The translations under genes and the position numbers were made by a program. The notes beneath the pieces are model-generated. The model saw nothing but the letters and a program-made list of their open reading frames with translations. It was not told the origin of the DNA and made no database searches. A stretch of 64,000 nucleotides of DNA from Verrucomicrobiota bacterium (GTDB lineage Bacteria > Verrucomicrobiota > Verrucomicrobiia > Limisphaerales > Palsa-1400). The stretch covers positions 64,001-128,000 of the forward strand of contig JBEKYR010000003.1 in NCBI GenBank assembly GCA_049510745.1. The letters are read 5' to 3'. Below, piece after piece: positions 60,610-64,000 of the stretch (positions are counted from its first letter, which is position 1; the number at the start of each line of letters is the position of its first letter).

Positions 60610-61704
60610 GTGAATCCTGCCATGCCAGCCCTCAACCCCGCGTCCCTCATCCGCCCGCTGGTGCGGCGCCTGCGTCCGTACGTGCCCGGCGAGCAGCCGA
60701 AAATCCGGGGCCTGACCAAGCTGAACACCAACGAGAACCCGTATCCGCCCTCCCCAAAAGTCCTGGCGGCGGTGAAGGCGGCGGTGGACGGGCGGTTGCG
60801 GCTTTACCCCAATCCCACGGCGGAGGCCTTGCGCGGGAAGCTGGCCGGACTTCATCGCTGCGCGCCGGAAAATATAATTGTTGGCAACGGCTCGGATGAG
60901 TTGCTGGCCCTGGCCACTCGCGCGTTTGTCGAGCCGGGGGGGGCCGTCCAGTTTTTCGCGCCGGGCTATTCTCTCTATCCGGTGCTGGCGGAAATCCACG
61001 GCGCCCGCGGCCGGGCGGTTCCCCTGGCCGAAGGCTTCGCCCTTCCCGGCCTGGCGCGGCTCAAAAAGGAAGGCCTGTGGGAGGCGCGGGCGGCGCTGAC
61101 CTTCGTCACGACCCCCAACGCTCCCACCGGGCGCGGTTACGCCACGCGGGAATTGGACGCCCTCTGCCGCGCGCACCGGGGCGTGGTGATTTTGGACGAG
61201 GCTTACGCCGATTTCGCGCGGGAAAACGCGCTCTCGCTCGCCTTGAAGTTTCCGCACGTCATTGTCGCGCGCACCTTTTCCAAGGGCTATTCCCTCTGTT
61301 TTCAGCGCGTGGGCTATTTTGTCGGGCCGGCCGCGTTGATTGAGGCGCTGCAAAAAATCCGGGACAGTTACAACGTCAACGGCCTGGGCCAGATCGCGGC
61401 CCTGGCCACGTTGGAGGACTTGCCCTATTACCGGCGGAATTTCAGACGCATCATCGCCACGCGCGAGCGGCTCTCCGTCGAACTGCGCGCGCTGGGCTTC
61501 GTCGTCCCGCCCAGCCAGGCCAACTTCATTTTCGCCCGCCCGCCCCAATTCCCCGCGCAGGAGTGGCTGGAAAAACTGCGCCAGAAACGGGTGCTGGTGC
61601 GATGGTTCAAAGACCCCGCCACGCGGGATTTCCTGCGCATCACCATCGGGACGGAGGCGGAGGCGGACACCTTGTTGCGGGCCGTCCGCGGAATCATTCC
61701 TTAA
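60610..61704 (+). CDS. hisC: Histidinol-phosphate aminotransferase
   Basis: YVPGEQP, KLNTNENPY, GNGSDE, PNAPTG, DEAY, RTFSK. Confidence 0.93.
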   Translation: MNPAMPALNPASLIRPLVRRLRPYVPGEQPKIRGLTKLNTNENPYPPSPKVLAAVKAAVDGRLRLYPNPTAEALRGKLAGLHRCAPENIIVGNGSDELLALATRAFVEPGGAVQFFAPGYSLYPVLAEIHGARGRAVPLAEGFALPGLARLKKEGLWEARAALTFVTTPNAPTGRGYATRELDALCRAHRGVVILDEAYADFARENALSLALKFPHVIVARTFSKGYSLCFQRVGYFVGPAALIEALQKIRDSYNVNGLGQIAALATLEDLPYYRRNFRRIIATRERLSVELRALGFVVPPSQANFIFARPPQFPAQEWLEKLRQKRVLVRWFKDPATRDFLRITIGTEAEADTLLRAVRGIIP

Positions 61705-61760
61705 AATCCCGTTCTTTCGGCTGGCGAGATGAAGACCGGCTTGAGGCGTTGCCGCCCCGA

Positions 61761-62642
61761 TCAAAACTTGAATTCCACCCCTTCCCGCGCCGCGCAGATC
61801 ACCCCCGGCGCGCCGTGGCGGGCGGCCCGCTGCCGGCAGGCCTGCACCATCTGGTCAATGGCGCGGTCGGTGCTTTCCGGGTCGTGATGGAACAGGGCGA
61901 GCGTTTTCACCTTGGCCCGCGTGGCCAGGTCGGTGACCGAGAAACAGCACGAGTGCCCCCACTTTATTTTCGTTGCGTACTCTTTTTCATCGTACTGCGC
62001 GTCCATGATCAGTAAATCCGCGTCCTGCGCCACTTCCACCAGGGCCGCCGGGACCCGCCGTGGCGGGCCGGCGTCTTCCAGATCGGGAAACAGGTCACCC
62101 GGCTCGATCTCCAGTTCGTTGTCCGTGGCATAGACGATTTTGCGCCCGTCCTTTTCAAAGGAAAAGCCGTGGCATCCACCGGGATGGTTGAGGGCGAAGC
62201 TCCGCACGCGCACGCCGTCGATCTCCCTTTGGCCGTTCTCGAAGTAATCGGCGGCGATGGTGGCGCCGACTTCTTTGAACGAGACGGGAAAATAATCCGA
62301 ACTCATCTGGCCGGAGAGCAGTTGGTAGGTGCTGTTGTCGTTGGTTTGCCGGCCATAGACGTGAATGGGCATGGTCTTGAGATAGACCGGGGCGAAAAAG
62401 GGGAAGCCCTGGATGTGGTCCCAATGGGTATGCGTAATGAGCAGATGCAGTTCCTTGGGCGGCGGCTGGCGGGTGAGCAAATCCTTCCCCAATTCCCGAA
62501 TCCCCGACCCGGCGTCGCAGACAAAGACCGTCTGGTCGAAGCGGACTTCCACGCAGGAGGTGTTGCCGCCATAGACGCGCGTCCAACTGGCCGGGGTGGG
62601 GATGGCTCCCCGCGTTCCCCAAAACTTGACGAAGGCGGCCAT
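61761..62642 (-). CDS. MBL-fold metallo-hydrolase
   Basis: KFWGTRGAIP, YGGNTSCV, THTHWDHIQGFPFF, WGHS, LFHHDP. Confidence 0.9.
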   Translation of the reverse strand: MAAFVKFWGTRGAIPTPASWTRVYGGNTSCVEVRFDQTVFVCDAGSGIRELGKDLLTRQPPPKELHLLITHTHWDHIQGFPFFAPVYLKTMPIHVYGRQTNDNSTYQLLSGQMSSDYFPVSFKEVGATIAADYFENGQREIDGVRVRSFALNHPGGCHGFSFEKDGRKIVYATDNELEIEPGDLFPDLEDAGPPRRVPAALVEVAQDADLLIMDAQYDEKEYATKIKWGHSCCFSVTDLATRAKVKTLALFHHDPESTDRAIDQMVQACRQRAARHGAPGVICAAREGVEFKF

Positions 62643-62643
62643 T

Positions 62644-62997
62644 TCAGTCCTCGTGATACACAAACAAGCTCTCCGCCACCTGGATGAGATCGCCCTCCCG
62701 CAGGACCGCCGAATAGACTTTGACCCCGTTGAGATAAACGCCGTTCCGGCTGTCATTGTCGCGCAGGATGCAATCGGTTCCGCGCACCCGGAAAAAGGCA
62801 TGCAGTGGCGAGACGCGTTTGGAGGCCAGGCGCAGTTGGGTGTCGGCAGCGCGGCCCATGACAAGCCCCCCGGCCTCGATGGTGATCTCGCGGGGCGCGC
62901 CCTCGCCCTCCAATTGCTCCAGGGAGTGGCGATGGGTCTCCCGGCCCCGGCGCAGCACCCGGATGTTTCCCGCATTGGTCGTCTTGGACTCCGCCAT
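62644..62997 (-). CDS. FHA-domain protein
   Basis: MGR...VSPLHA...DNDSRNGVYLNG...LREGDLI. Confidence 0.88.
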   Translation of the reverse strand: MAESKTTNAGNIRVLRRGRETHRHSLEQLEGEGAPREITIEAGGLVMGRAADTQLRLASKRVSPLHAFFRVRGTDCILRDNDSRNGVYLNGVKVYSAVLREGDLIQVAESLFVYHED

Positions 62998-63222
62998 GTC
63001 GGATGGTTGGTTTAAACCGCGTCCATACTGAAGGAAAGAGCGGCGTTTGCAAAGTCTTTTTCGCGGGGCGCGAATTGGCGCTGAACCGGTCAACAAGGTT
63101 TCACGCAATCGTTTCCAGGCTGACAACTGTTTGTCACAATGGTTGTGCTAAACTGGCCCGCAATTTAGTCGGAGATCAATCAATTTTTAGTCGGAGACCA
63201 ACCAACATCATAGGCGGAATTT

Positions 63223-64000
63223 ATGCTCACCTTCCATCTCACTCCTGTCCTGGCCAGCAGCGCGTGGCAGTTCGCGATCAACAAGGCGACGCCTGAAGGC
63301 AAAATCACGATGTCGTTCCTGCTGCTTTTGTCGCTGTTCAGTTGGACGATCATCATCACCAAGGCCCGGCAACTGGCCATTGCGCGGAAATGGGCCAGGA
63401 AATTCTTCGCCGCCTACAACGCCACCCGCGATCCGATGGACATCAAACGGAGCGGCCAGGAATTTGAGGGCGCTCCCGCTTACCAGCTTTATATTCGCGG
63501 CGCCGACGAAGTGGATTACCATCTGAAGAACAATCCCGTCCGGGTGGAAGGGCGCCTCCTGATGCAGAGCGATCCGGCCGTGGGCCGCGGCAACACAGAC
63601 CATCTGGCCCGGTCGAAGACGACCAAGATCAGCGTCGCCTCCTTTGACGCGGTCAAGGTGGTGATGGAGGAGGCGTCGGCGGCGGAAGCGATGGCCCTGG
63701 AGAAGGGGATGATCGTGCTGTCCACGGCGGTGGCGGGCGGCCCGTTCATTGGCTTGCTGGGAACGGTTTGGGGCGTGATGGAAACCTTTGCCGGCATCGC
63801 CAGCGCGGGTTCCGCCAGCCTCACGGCCATGGCGCCGGGCGTCGCGGCCGCCTTGATTTGCACCGTGATCGGCCTCCTGGTCGCCATTCCGGCCATGTTC
63901 AGCTATAACTTCATGGTCACGACCATCCGCGCCATCACCCAGGAGTTGGACGGGTTCGCCAGCCGCTACGCCAACCAGATCGAACATCGTTACGTGGACA
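63223..64000 (+). CDS. MotA/TolQ/ExbB proton channel family protein (runs off window)
   Basis: Manual translation from ATG 63223: ...GGPFIGLLGTVWGVMETF...MAPGVAAALICTVIGLLVAIPA. Confidence 0.9.
   Translation, partial: MLTFHLTPVLASSAWQFAINKATPEGKITMSFLLLLSLFSWTIIITKARQLAIARKWARKFFAAYNATRDPMDIKRSGQEFEGAPAYQLYIRGADEVDYHLKNNPVRVEGRLLMQSDPAVGRGNTDHLARSKTTKISVASFDAVKVVMEEASAAEAMALEKGMIVLSTAVAGGPFIGLLGTVWGVMETFAGIASAGSASLTAMAPGVAAALICTVIGLLVAIPAMFSYNFMVTTIRAITQELDGFASRYANQIEHRYVD

Overview
High-GC bacterial chromosomal window, most consistent with a Verrucomicrobia subdivision 3 (Pedosphaerales-like) organism. That assignment is an inference from the ECF sigma factor with a long C-terminal extension, the DUF1559-type prepilin fragment, the Ig-rich secreted proteins and the short-period intergenic repeats. 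Core genes are infA, an RRM RNA-binding protein, der, gmd, purSQL, hisC, an RluA-methyltransferase fusion and an exbB/tolQ-like gene. Accessory blocks are: (1) a 1450-aa Ig/NHL surface protein and an extended ECF sigma factor; (2) a DUF4062-NB-ARC-TPR NLR-like gene next to hicBA; (3) an mntR / Mn-porin / mntH / usp cluster with a visible operator; (4) a galactan-type carbohydrate cluster (GH35, GH53, GH5-like, large secreted repeat protein, two-component pair) broken by a truncated prepilin and an unannotated phage terminase remnant; (5) a TPR-HK-RR-natAB-like operon; (6) an AT-richer toxin-antitoxin / Mrr-nuclease islet after purL. The strongest unexplained signals are a C-terminal 'L..W...FYRL' domain shared by three otherwise different secreted proteins (possible sorting signal), a ~0.5-kb dispersed element in two copies carrying 10-bp phased arrays, a 145-bp MITE-like element with a perfect 36-bp palindrome, and NHL propellers inserted inside Ig domains. 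No rRNA, tRNA, CRISPR array, integrase or transposase was recognised. All family calls come from motif recognition by eye, not database searches.
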